A stretch of 64,000 bases of DNA from Okamejei kenojei (Eukaryota): assembly GCA_035221665.1 (NCBI GenBank), contig CM069162.1, forward strand, positions 26,784,001-26,848,000, given 5' to 3'. Numbering within the stretch: position 1 is the stretch's first letter; each line of letters opens with the position of its first letter. Of the stretch, positions 23,380 to 35,900 are shown piece by piece. Under the pieces are notes generated by a model. It saw nothing but the letters and a program-made list of their open reading frames with translations. It was not told the origin of the DNA and ran no database searches. The position numbers and the translations under genes are program-made.

Positions 23380-24290
23380 AAGCCAACCAAGAGCCCCATC
23401 TAAGCTAGTTCCATTCACCCACGTTTGGATTATTTCCCTCTAAACCTTTCCAATCCATGTATCTGTTTAAATGTATTTTAAATATTATGGTATCTGTCCC
23501 AACTGTTTCCTCTTGCAGCTCATTCCATATATCTACCCACTCTGTATGAAAAACATTGCCCCTCAGGTTCTTAGTAAATATTCCCCCTCACCTTAAACCT
23601 AAGCCCTATGTTCTTGATTTCCACAACTCTCAGGGAAAAACTGTGCATTCACCCAGTATGTTCCCCTCATGATAAGATCACCCCTTAAAGCTCCAAGAAA
23701 TAAACTCCTAGCCTGCATTACGTCTCCCTAGTCCTGGCAACATCCTCACAAATCTTTTCTGCACTCTTTCCAGCTAAATTATGTATTTTCTAAAGCAGGG
23801 GTATCAAAACTAAACACAATACTTCATGTGCAGTCTCACCGACACATTGTACAACTAAAACAACTTCTATCCTCACTACCCTAACTGATGAAGGCCAATA
23901 TTTGTCAATAGACAATAAACAATAGACAATAGGTGCAGGAGTAGGCCATTTGGTCCTTCGAGCCAGCACCGCCATTTAATGTGATCATGGCTGATCATCA
24001 ACAATCAGTACCCCATTTGTCACCACCCTATCTACCTGTGATGCCACTTTCAGGGATCTATGTACTTATACACCTGGATCGCTCAGCACTGCAACAATCC
24101 CCAGAGCCCTACTGTTCACTGTGAAGGAAGGGCCCAGGTTCGATTTCCCAAACTGCAACACCTCACACTTATCTGAAATAAACTCCATTTGCCATTCCTT
24201 AACCCACTTGCACAGCTGATCAAGATCCTGCTGTAACTCTTAATCCCCACCATCACTGTCTAAGATTTCATCTACTTTAGTATCATTTGC
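23380..24290 (-). mobile_element. CR1-like LINE 3' fragment with nested CR1/SINE tail (~23905-24015)
   Basis: Homologous by eye to 49200-49820; nested ATAGACAATAGGTGCAGGAGTAGGCCATT tail. Confidence 0.55.
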
Positions 24291-26029
24291 AACCTGTCAC
24301 TTCTTTGGCCAGATTTCAGTAATGGCTCTAACGTCCCAGCCACACCGAGTTCATCTTCCTTAACCGTCAGGCCCCTGCATTGAAATAAATGCAATTTAAT
24401 CCAACAGTTTTTCATCGTTCCCTGCCTTGCTCCTGTTTATCTTGTCCACTGATCTTGCCTTCTGTATTGACTTCCAGCCTCCCACCTGCCTCACTACTGC
24501 ATTGGACCTATCCCCGTGCCAATCTAGTTTAAACCTTCCCAAGTAGCTCTAATAAACTAGCCCACAAGGATATTGGTCCCCTTCCAGTTAAGGTGCAACC
24601 CATCCTTGTGCAGGTTACCTTTGCCCCCAAAGTGAGCCCAATGGTCTAAAAATCTAATCCCGTTCCAACTCCTCAGCTACATATACATCTGACCTATCTT
24701 TCCAATCCTACCCTCAATGGCACGTGGCACTGGGAGTAATCTGGAAATCACTGCACTTGTCTTTTTTAATCCTTTGCTTAGTTCTCTATATTCAATCTAC
24801 CCATTTCATATCTTTTCCTACCCATGTAATTTGTCAAATTTACACAGTAGTTTCTGCCTACTCCTTTTACATCCACTTGCTGTCTGTACCCAATGCATGA
24901 CCACCTCATCATAACACCTACCAAATATGTTCTAATTCTCCTAGATAATAGTGAGGTTGTCCAGTAACAGCTCCAGACCCAAAAGTGTGGTCCTCAGAGA
25001 TACCGTAAGTTTCCCTGACTTCCAACATCCTGCAGGAGGAGCATATGTGCCCTAAATGCCATATCTACTGTACTAACAAGGAAGAGTTACACAAAATATA
25101 ACATTGTGCACTGTCTTGCCGACAGCCTCTCCTCAGCCTCCTCACAGAAGCCTCACAAGTCAATACCTTCAACAAATCATTGCACCTCAACACAGCCTCT
25201 CCCATTATGGCCACTCCGCGAGTACCTGCCTTCCTTTTATACACCACTAGGAGCAGTCACTCCAGGATGTTGACTGCTGCCTTTTAAAATTCCTGTGCTG
25301 TTCCACCTCCTCTCAGCTGCTCAAATGAAACGTGCGTTGAGGGATTTTCTTAAAATCTTAGCCAAATGACTAGCTAATTCGCTCACCCTCGTCAGAACAG
25401 AACAGAACATAAAACTTGCCATTTAAAATCCCTTAATAACAGGGGCCAAGAATCACAAAAATCCAGCCATAGTTTTTATTGATCTCAATAGTGTTAAAAC
25501 TCTTGGCAGGATGGGGGTTGATATGAACATGGATACTTTTATTGAACATGCAAAAATTAGGACTGGGAGCATTCTTATTTAGGGTGAAGCAGGGTGACCC
25601 ACTTTCCTCCATGTTATTTAATATTGTTATGACATTATATTATGCTCTTGGAATACAGATGGCTCAGGTTTGAACCTTGGGTCAGAGAATATCTTCAATA
25701 ATGCCCGTACTTTCGCTGGTGTTGTCGCCCTTGTGAGTGATTCTCACAAGGGCATGGAGAACCCTGGAGAATGTTAACAGAAAGACAGTCCTAAGGTAAA
25801 TATCAATAAGACATCCACTTTTTACATGGTCAACTCTCGCTCCATTTAACTGGAAACTGTATTACGAGAATTTACTGTCTGTGTTTTATTATAAACCTAA
25901 CCCCTGAGACTGTGCAAGCGACAAATTTATCAGAAGTACATTATTCAGTTAATTCACAAATTTAGTGTTAAAAACAAACTGACAGAAATATCAATCTATT
26001 TCTCAATAATTCCATTAGCAAATTGTTGA

Positions 26030-26260
26030 AAACACAAATTGCTGGAGGGACTCAGTGGGCCAGGCAGCATCTGTGGAGGGGATGTCCAGGCAATGTTTCA
26101 GTTCGGGACCCTTCTTCAGACTGGAGACCAAAGTCTAAAGAAGTGTCCTGACCCAAAATGTTGCCTGTCCATTCTCTCCACAGATGCTGCCTGACCCAGA
26201 GATCCTCCAGCACTTTGTGTTTTGCACATTATTCCAGATTCTGCAGTTCCTTGTGTTTCC
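26030..26260. mobile_element. Palindromic Penelope-derived element (older copy)
   Basis: GCTGGAGGGACTCAGTGGGCCAGGCAGCATCTG...CCCTTCTTCAGACTG...CAGATGCTGCCTGACCC inverted arms. Confidence 0.65.
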
Positions 26261-26867
26261 ATTAGTAAATTACTGTATAGTGCTTCATGTTTTGAGACAT
26301 CCTTTTGATACTATTGACTATGAGAAAATGCAGCGTCAACCATCTCCCAAATACCACAGTGTTCAATTGACTGCCCTTGTGACAAAATTTTCAGGCCTGA
26401 GGGAGGTCCAAACTGTAGTAATTTACCTCAGAACAAATCATTCCCTTTCACTGCTGCCTGCCTCACTTGAGAACAAACTAGCTCCACAATAACATTCAGC
26501 CATGGAAACATTTAGTGATCATGACAGAAGCCTCCTTGTGGCAATCCCTGGAAGCGACGACGTGATGCACTCTGTGACACATCGGGCGACAATTCTGTCA
26601 ACATGTTGGACGACGACTGAAGCCAACAGCGAGCTACGTCGTCTGACACACGAGCGAACGAACGAGCCACGGACTGAACAGATAAGCAATGCTGCAAACT
26701 ATATAGGCTAACGACTGGGGACCTAAACCCTTCAGCAATTGTTCATGAACAGATGGATGAGAGGACTGATGCCAAAGAATGTCCTGCCTTTTCAGGTGGC
26801 CTTGAAAATCATTGCCTTTGCAATGCGAGGCAGAGGCGTCGTAAATGTTGCACCATGAAGGCGAGAA

Positions 26868-26948
26868 TTAGATTGTCATGTTGTGGTGTCGCAGTTTCAT
26901 CAATAGAAAATCGTGGCTCAAATTATGTCTTGTGATGATTCCAACAAT
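26868..26948 (-). CDS. CLCN6: CLCN6 exon 23 (last coding)
   Basis: [29 protein letters not shown]. Confidence 0.93.
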   Translation of the reverse strand: MVGIITRHNLSHDFLLMKLRHHNMTI

Positions 26949-29900
26949 CTAAAGGAAAGAAAAATTGAAATTTTGGTAAGATTTCTAACTGCTCAAGCAC
27001 ACACAAAGTTGCAGAAACTGCCTTGCCTCTCATCTTCCCTTTCTTTATCCAGTGAGATTCTTTAAAAAAAAAAACATATTTTTCTTTTAAACACATGCCT
27101 ATTTGCATAATCTTGTAAACTGATATCCTTAAGGTCGCTTGAGGAAATACCCCAACATTCTACCCAAATTCCTGTAGGAAATTTGAGGAAAACCAATGAT
27201 TGTGTCCTTTCAGAGTGGGATTTCAGCATCTCCATAGACAAATGGACATACCTCCACTGAAATCTCTCAGACCACTCACCCAGTTGCCTTCCCCAAATGC
27301 TGAACCACTAAACACCACCAATCTTTAGCTTCACCCGACCCCCTAACTGACCCATTTCCCAGTACAATTCCCACCGATCCTACATATAATCAGGAAACCC
27401 ATTGTCCCCAACTCACCTCTCCTACAGCATTGACCACTGGTAGGTGCCTCAGTCCCATGGTACGAAACAGGTTGAAGACCTGAGACACGTGTGTGCTTGG
27501 CGAGACTGTATATGGACAAGGATTCATGTACGGTGTGATATCCTATTGCAGAGAAGATAACTAGTTCAAAATAGATATCTGACAATCAGGGACAGCCATT
27601 TGTAAACCGTTGTCCAACATATTACCAGCTTTGGCACAAGATGCAAACCTGCTACTGTTCCAACTCATGTTATGACTTTTTAAACAACCATTAACCCAAA
27701 AAAAAAAACTCTGCTGGAGGAACTCAGTGCGTCCAGCAGAATCTTTGGTGGGAGCGGGGGTGGAAAAGAAGGAATTGTTGATATTGACATTCTGCAAGAG
27801 GGAAGGATGCCTGGTTATAGAGATTAACTAAAATATCTCAAGGAAGTTTTCTTGCCCAAAGGGATTAAGAGATCCAACACAAAATGATGTTGAGGATTAG
27901 ATGGGTAGATCTGATAAATCAACAAGGATCCTGGTGGATAAGACAATGCCATTCAATGTGACTGTAGCCATTCCATGGCAGATTAATTTCACAAGTCCTG
28001 ACCATGACAGGAGGAAAGGAGGGCTCCACCAGCGCCAGGAGGGGAGAGAAAGGTTACAGAGCATGCATATCTGAGCTGAAATGACTATGCATTACTGGGA
28101 GAGCCATGAAAAGGGAATTACCTACTTCCCCAATAGGTCAGACTTTGTGCTAATCATATGATGGGGACCACAGCATTCTTAAACACGAGGGGTAATTTAC
28201 AGAGGCCAATTAACCAACAAACCCACACATCTTTGGGATGAGGGAGGAAACCGGAGCATCCGGAAGAAACCCATATGGTTACAGGGAAAACATACAAACT
28301 CTACTGAAAATCAGAATCAAACCTGGGTGTCTGGCATTGTGAGGCAGCAGCTTCACTAGCTGAACCAAGGATGCTGAAGCAGGGTACAAATGTTCTGGTT
28401 GATTACATTCTCATAGAGATTAACAAGGGGGTGGGAGATTGCAACTTCACGTGGTCCGCCCTGTTTCGACAAATGCAATCAACCCGGCGTGCACAATCAA
28501 ACAAGATCAAATAGAACAAGTTGTCCGACAACTTTAGGCTGTGCACGCCATACGCAAGAAGAAGAAGAAGAAGAAGAGATTAACAATAAAGATGGGTGGA
28601 TAGGAGTGATGTCAGAATGAGGTCCCAGCAGCCATTTTCAACCAATCTATTGTTTCTTACAAGCTCATCTCTCCCCACACTTTTGTAAAATATTTTTATT
28701 AGAAGTAATTACATATTAAGAAAAAATATAAAGTCAAAGAGAAACAAAAATAAATTATTATCGTCACATACATTCTTAATATTTTTAAAATTTACAATCA
28801 ATCTTATTTGTACTTCTATAATTTTTTTATTTTATAACAGTAGGAAATAAAGATAGATAGTAAAAAGAAAAAGAGGGAAAAAAAGAGATAAACTAATTGA
28901 GTGGAATATTAAGTAAGATAGTCTTCATTGGAGATATATTCATGATCTATTGTATATAATTTTTCATCTATTCCTTCATTCAGGCTTCAGTCATGGCCTC
29001 GAACCGGACCATCTTAACCCTTTAAATATTCAATAAATGGAGACCATATTCCTCTGAATTGATCTAACCTGTCCATTAGGACAAGTCTTAATCGTTCCAG
29101 ATGAAGTGTCTCCGACATTTCTGTAATCCACATTTTGATTGTAGGGAATATGGGACCTTTCCAAAATCTTAATATTAATTTTTTACCAATTATTAAACTA
29201 TAACCAATAAAAATTATTGTTGTGTTGTTAGTATCTGATCCGTTTCTAATATTCCCAATATAATTAATTTTGAGTCTGGAATTAAATTTGCATTAACTAC
29301 ATTTGAGATTATCTTAAAAATTTCTATCCAAAAATGAGTAATTTTTATACATTTTGTGAATGAATGCATTAAATTAGCTTCTAATTGTTGACACATCACA
29401 TATTGCGGACATATTTGAGAAAATTCTATTTAATTTGGACTTTGAGAGATGTAATCTATGTATAACTTTAAATTGTATCAAGGAGTGTCTAGCATTTAAT
29501 GAACAGTGGTGTATATATTGTAAACTTTCATTCCATACTTCTCTATTGATTACTTGACCTAGTTCATTTTCCCATGCTTGTCTATATTTATCCTTATTTG
29601 GTAAATCATTTTCCAATAAAATATTATAAATATATATTAATTGTTCTGTATTCGGATGTTTATTTAAACATTCATCTAAAATTTCTGTCTTTCTATTCCT
29701 AAAATCTAGTGTATTTGATTTAACATAATCTCTAATTTGTAGATATCGAAAATATTCCTTAAAATGTAATCCATAATTTTGTCGTTGTTCCTGAAATGGG
29801 AGAAATAAATTTTCCCTGTAGAGATCACCAATCTTATTTATTCCATAGTTCTTCCATTTTAAGAAACCTTTGTCCATCAATGAAGGTTTAAAAGAAATAT

Positions 29901-32900
29901 TATTTACTATTGGAAGAGCTAGTGGTGCATTCTGTAATTTTAATGTTTTTTTTATAATTGTTTCCAAATACGTATTCCACTTTCTATTATTGGGTTTCCT
30001 CTATAAGTTTTCTTATGTATTGTAGTATTAGCAAATACAATCAAACTAATTTCAAAAGGTAAACAGTCTTCTTTTTCAATTTTTAACCAATTTGGTTGTT
30101 TATCTAGTTCTCCCAACCAGAAATTCATATTTTTTATATTAACTGCCCAATAATAAAACATAAATTTAGGCAATGCAAAGCCACCATTTATTTTTGATTT
30201 ACATAAATGCTTTTTAATTATTCTATGATTCTTATAATCCTAAATAAAATTGGTAACCATAAAGTACAGTTTCTTAAAAAAAAATTTAGGAAGATATATC
30301 GGGATCATTTGAAACAAATATAGTAATTGTGGAAGAAAATTCATTTTTATCGCATTAATCTTACCTAGCATTGAAATAGGTAATGTTTTCCAATATTGAA
30401 TATTCTTAGATAATTTATTCAATAATGGTAGAAAATTAGATTTAAATAAAGAATCATATCTTTTTGATACATAAATTCAAAGATATTTATTTTTTTCATT
30501 TGCAATCTTAAAAGGACATTGTTGTAATATATGTAAATTATTTCCCATTATTGGCATAAGTTCACTTTTATTCCAATTAATTCTATATCCTGAAAACGAT
30601 CCAAATTGAATTATTAAATCTAACAAGTTAGGGATACTAATTTCTGGTTTTGTGATATAAAGTAATACATCATCTGCGTACAAAGAGATTTTATTTTCAG
30701 TTTCCTTAGTTTCATATCCATATATTTCAGGGTGTGATCTCACAGATTTTGCTAATGGTTCTATTGCAAGTGCAAACAATAGTGAAGATAAAGGGCAACC
30801 TTGTCTGCAGCCTCGGAATAAGTTAAATTTAGTTGTTAGCACTTGGTTTATTAATATTCTAGCTGTTGGCCTAGTATATAGTAATTTAACCCATGTTATA
30901 AAGTTCTCTCCCAATTGAAAAAATTCCATAACCGAAAATAAATAAGACCATTCAATCTGATCAAAAGCTTTCTCTGCATCCAACAGAATAATTGATAAAT
31001 CCTTATTAATGTTTCTTTTCAAATATATAATATTAAATAATCATCTCAGATTGTTTGAAGAGTATCATTTTGGTATAAATCCTGTTTGATCTGAATGAAT
31101 TAGTTTATTAATCACTTTGTTTAGTCTTTGTGCTAATATTTTTGTTAATATTTTTTGATCAGTATTTAAAAGAGATATAGCTCTATATGACCCTGGGTCG
31201 TCAAGATTTTGATCTAATTTAGGTATAAGGGTTATAATAGATTCATTGAATGATTCTGGTAATTTCTGTTGTGTATAAATGTGTTCATATAGTGTCTTCA
31301 AACGTGGAGCTATCCTATCATAAAATATTTTATAAAATTCTGCTCCAATACCATCTGGCCCTGGAGTTTTACCATTTTTTAATGATCTAATAGTTTCTTC
31401 AATTTCTTTAGTAGTTATTTCGACATTTAATAATTCCCTATCTTCTAAATCCAATCCATTTAGATTACAATTTTTTTTAAATGTTTCTACTCCTATTCGA
31501 TTTTCTTTTGTTTTAGCTGAATATAATTTTTTATAATGGCATTCTCTGTATCTAATTGTTTAATCTCTCTTTCCAATGCCTGTTGTACCTTCCGATTCTC
31601 TTTATTATAAAATGCTTGAGAAGACATCAAAATTCCCCGAACATACGCCTTAAAAGTTTCCCATAAGAGGGATGATGATATTTCTGGTGTATCGTTTGTT
31701 TCAAAGAACATCTTAATCTGTTTTGTAATATATTCTTGAGTTATTTTGTCCTTTAATATTTGTGGATTAAATCTCCATTGACCTTGTTTTTCCATTTTAC
31801 CCGTTATTTTCATCTTAAAAGTTAAAGGTGCATGATCTGAAATTATAATATTATGATATTTTGGATTATACGTAAGTGGGATAAGTTTTAAATCTACCAG
31901 AAAATAATCTATTCTTGAATAAGTTTTATGCACGGCTGAGTAAAATGAGTATTCTCGTCCTGTTGGATTTTGCAATCTCCATACATCTTTAATATTACTG
32001 GTGTCTATATATGCATTTATTAACTCACTGGAATGTGATTTAAGTTTTCGTTGTTTTGATGATCTATCCAAATAAGGATCAAGTGTGCAGTTTAAATCTC
32101 CTCCAATTATTAGATTGTGTTGTGATAATTTAGGGATTGTATTAAATAATTTTTTTTTAAACCGCGGACTATCAAAATTTGGGCCGTATACATTGACAAA
32201 AATCACTTTTTGTGTATATAATTCTCCTATTACAATAATATATCTACCGTCACTATCAGTTATTATTGAAGTATGTTTAAATGCAGAGCCTTTACGAATT
32301 AATATTGCTACACCTCTAGATTTGTGTGTAAAAGAGTGATATACTTTATCAATCCATTTGGCTTTTAATCTATGTTCTGCCTCTTTTTTAAGCATGTATC
32401 TTGGATAAACGCAACATCTATTTTAAGTGCTTTTAAATGTGCTAATACCTTACCTCGCTTAATTGATTCATTAATTCCTTTAACATTCCAGCTCCCCACA
32501 CTTTTGAAAGCAATTTCTTGTCACAGATGCATAAAAGTAAACCACCAATATCAGGGACAGCTGTTGATTAATGCTTTATTTGAAACAACAACGTGAACAA
32601 ACACTTACCACAATCATACGAGGATTGAGGAGAGTCAGATCAAGGTCATGAACATCAGGATATCGTGGATAATCTTCGGTCATTTCAGAGTATGATAGCC
32701 GTGGTTGCGTTGAACTCTGAAAAGCAGAGAGAACAAGACTGAGACAAGTAGCCCAGAAACACAACAGAGAAAATACTAAAACAGATAATTAAAGATGAGA
32801 ATGATTTATTTCCTATATTTTTCATCACCTAACTATAATAATTCCTATTTCTACACTGTTGCTGCTACTGTTTCTCAAGTAAATCCTACTGATGCAGAAT

Positions 32901-35900
32901 GAACTCTGTGTAAATGGCACAAAAGGTGGGTCCAAACTCTAACTGACCCATTTATGGCTATCTGCTGGTTTGAGTTTTGGCATATTCCCCATTTCTCAGG
33001 CCACTCCACTTTCTCTATTTGGATTAATAGTAGATACCTCCTTCCAACGCTCGAAACACAAAGCTTTTCATCATACAGCCCATGACTCAGGAGATCAGCC
33101 TTTGTTTCCTCAGCATTATAATGGTCGTGGAGAACGCTGCCCCATTTAATATGTTCTCTACTGTAATTTTTGCCAGGTGGTTAAATATTATTTGTGCATT
33201 CTGTGTATTCCACCAAACGGGGCATTCATATCTTTATTATTTCAGTACCATTGATGGAGTCTGTGGTCTTTCACTATTTTTATGCATGTTTAATGTTAAT
33301 CCTTTGAAATGTTGCATTTTCCTTTGCCTAACATACAACTGAACAAACCTCCCCAGTAACTACATTGCTTCTTCATAATTGTCGCAATACAAATTCAAAG
33401 AAATTGCAAAATAACTTTACCTAGCCCACTATATATCAGCCCTAGCAACTAGTGATGTTTAACTCTAAGAGAAGATCCATCGCTCAAAACATTCTATTAA
33501 AAGTTATAAACATTTCCTAAGAATATTTCTTAAAATTCAGCGTTTTATTAAATAGAAGTACAAGAGTTTTCTCGTGCACTTACTGAATGGGTCTCTAAGT
33601 AGCAAACCCCACGCACTAGCAAGGTAACCAGCTGCGATCTCCGAATAAGGCCATGAAAAGTTAACGGTCGAAAGCGCTCCTCCATTGTCCAGTCCTCACT
33701 CGGAGACTGGTCAGGGTAGAGATTTGGATACGGGACGTGTCTGCACAAACAGGAAGGCAGGCAGTAACTGAGCGAGTACACTTAAAGTCTGTGCAGGACA
33801 ATTACAAAACATACTCATGTTTAAAATAATCTCTGTGGACATGGTGCAAAAATGCTGATACATTTCAGAGAACATCACCATCATTCCAAAACCCCTTTAC
33901 TACACTAGAAACCCATTATACAAAATTCTAAGACAGCCCATGACATGATCTTGAGTCCATACTAAAAAAATAAATAACATTTCTTCAAAAGCTACTTTAA
34001 AATGTGTAATTTATTGGCCTTGGACTACCAGACAGCACATGGCACCACATTGAACAACAGTGAAAGATGCCCACCTGGCATTTCTCATTTATATTATCAC
34101 TCGAGTCTTCCTGCACCCGGGCATCCTGTCAAGGATTGTAACCAATAAGGAACTAACCCATTTGTTGCATATATATATATATATATAAACATGACTAAAA
34201 CTCTATCACATTAGGTCACTTTAGAGTTGACAGGATGCATAAACATCAGGCCTTCTATTCACCGTCAATAATTTATATAAAAATTAAAAACCTACCTCTA
34301 ATTCTTTAAATTAGTAAGATCAGTCCAGATCCATTATCAAACCTCCCAAGATTTAGTATTACAAACATTCAGGCACAGCATAGTCTACTCAGTCATTTAC
34401 CCAGCAAGATATTGGTCAAAATGTTTAAGTAATTTAGTTGTCGTGAGAATGTGGGCTCCAAAAGAAATGACTGGTGAATCAACCACACCAACCTACGCTC
34501 CAGCATCTGTTGTAAAATGTCCTCTCTGTCCTCAGCGACCTCTGTGTTCACCAGTTCTTCGCAAACATTCCTCAGCTCACTTGATGGGTAAGATTTCATT
34601 GACTGGCTCCGCTTGTATTGTTCTCCAGCTCGAGTCAATATACTTGATTTCTATAATGACGAAACAGACTGTGAACCTCACACACAAAAATGTAAAAACA
34701 AGTCTTTACAACTAATGATGTCAACTCTGACTATATCTTGATTGTGGCTAACAGTCCTAATTCTTGCATAATCCCTTACAAAGCAAGAATCATTCATTAA
34801 CACCAAGGTAGACTTTTCATTCAAGGGCAACATAGACCAAATTCACCTGGACCAGATCCAACAACCACAACTCATCTTGATCAGATGTAGCGAACTTATC
34901 CTGCTCATCCTCTGCATCTTAGAGCCAGTCAGCCGATACAGTGGAGGCTCCACTTGCAGAATCTGACAGGTTTTGACAGATGAATATGCAATGGCTAAAA
35001 CCCAGCATCCTCTCAATAACTTAACTTTAATATATTAAAGCACGTGAAAATACTTGGAAATAATTTAAAATGTGAAAATAAAGTAATTTATGCCTCATAA
35101 TTCAGAGGCCAGGAATTCCTATTGAAATGAACAAATTCTTCGATCCTACTTGGCATTGGATTGGAAATGTGATTTTGCAGCATAATACTTGGAAGGCCAG
35201 TAAGGCTGGACTCGACCTCAGGATTCCATCCAGAGAATGGAATGTTCAACGCAACAACTTGAATTTATTGAACATTTTAACATGCAAAGAGAAACAATAT
35301 CAAAGATAATTCAGTCAGATAAGGAGATATTAAGACTGAATGTGTTCCTGGCCAGCTTTACATATCATAAAACGTGGAAAAACAAAGATTTAAGGACTAC
35401 AGGAAGCTCTGCTGTAACACGGCAGCTGCAATCCTGAGAAATCTCATCTTATAGAGAATCAAGTTACAACATAATAGTAACTTAATAATTAAGTTACAAA
35501 TAATCAATGGGGAAAAGGGGGTTATGGGCCAGAGAGTTTCAGACTTGCATAAGTTATTTCCCCATTTTCAAAAATAAAGGTAATTTTAATACCATTTTTA
35601 GCTTGCAGAAACAAAAATAAGCCATGGGCTCCATGTTACATTGGTTAATAGAATATCATTGCATGAATGCCAAAAGAAGCTTGTCAATTTCATAGCTTCC
35701 TTGGTGAAAGTAGCAGCTGTAATATTATAGTGTCTGATTAAAGAGAAAATAAAGCCTATAATTCACGTGGTCTCACAACACACAAGCAATTATCAAGTAA
35801 ACGTCAAGAAGGTGAAAGTTGATAGAAACTTCAATTAGGGCACTATTGGATCAAAAGCGCACTCTAGTGGCTACAACCACTACTACACAGAATTTAATGA

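Noticed and set aside
29374-32395. Active host RT/endonuclease gene
   Set aside because: Multiple frameshifts and stops; dead L1 ORF2.
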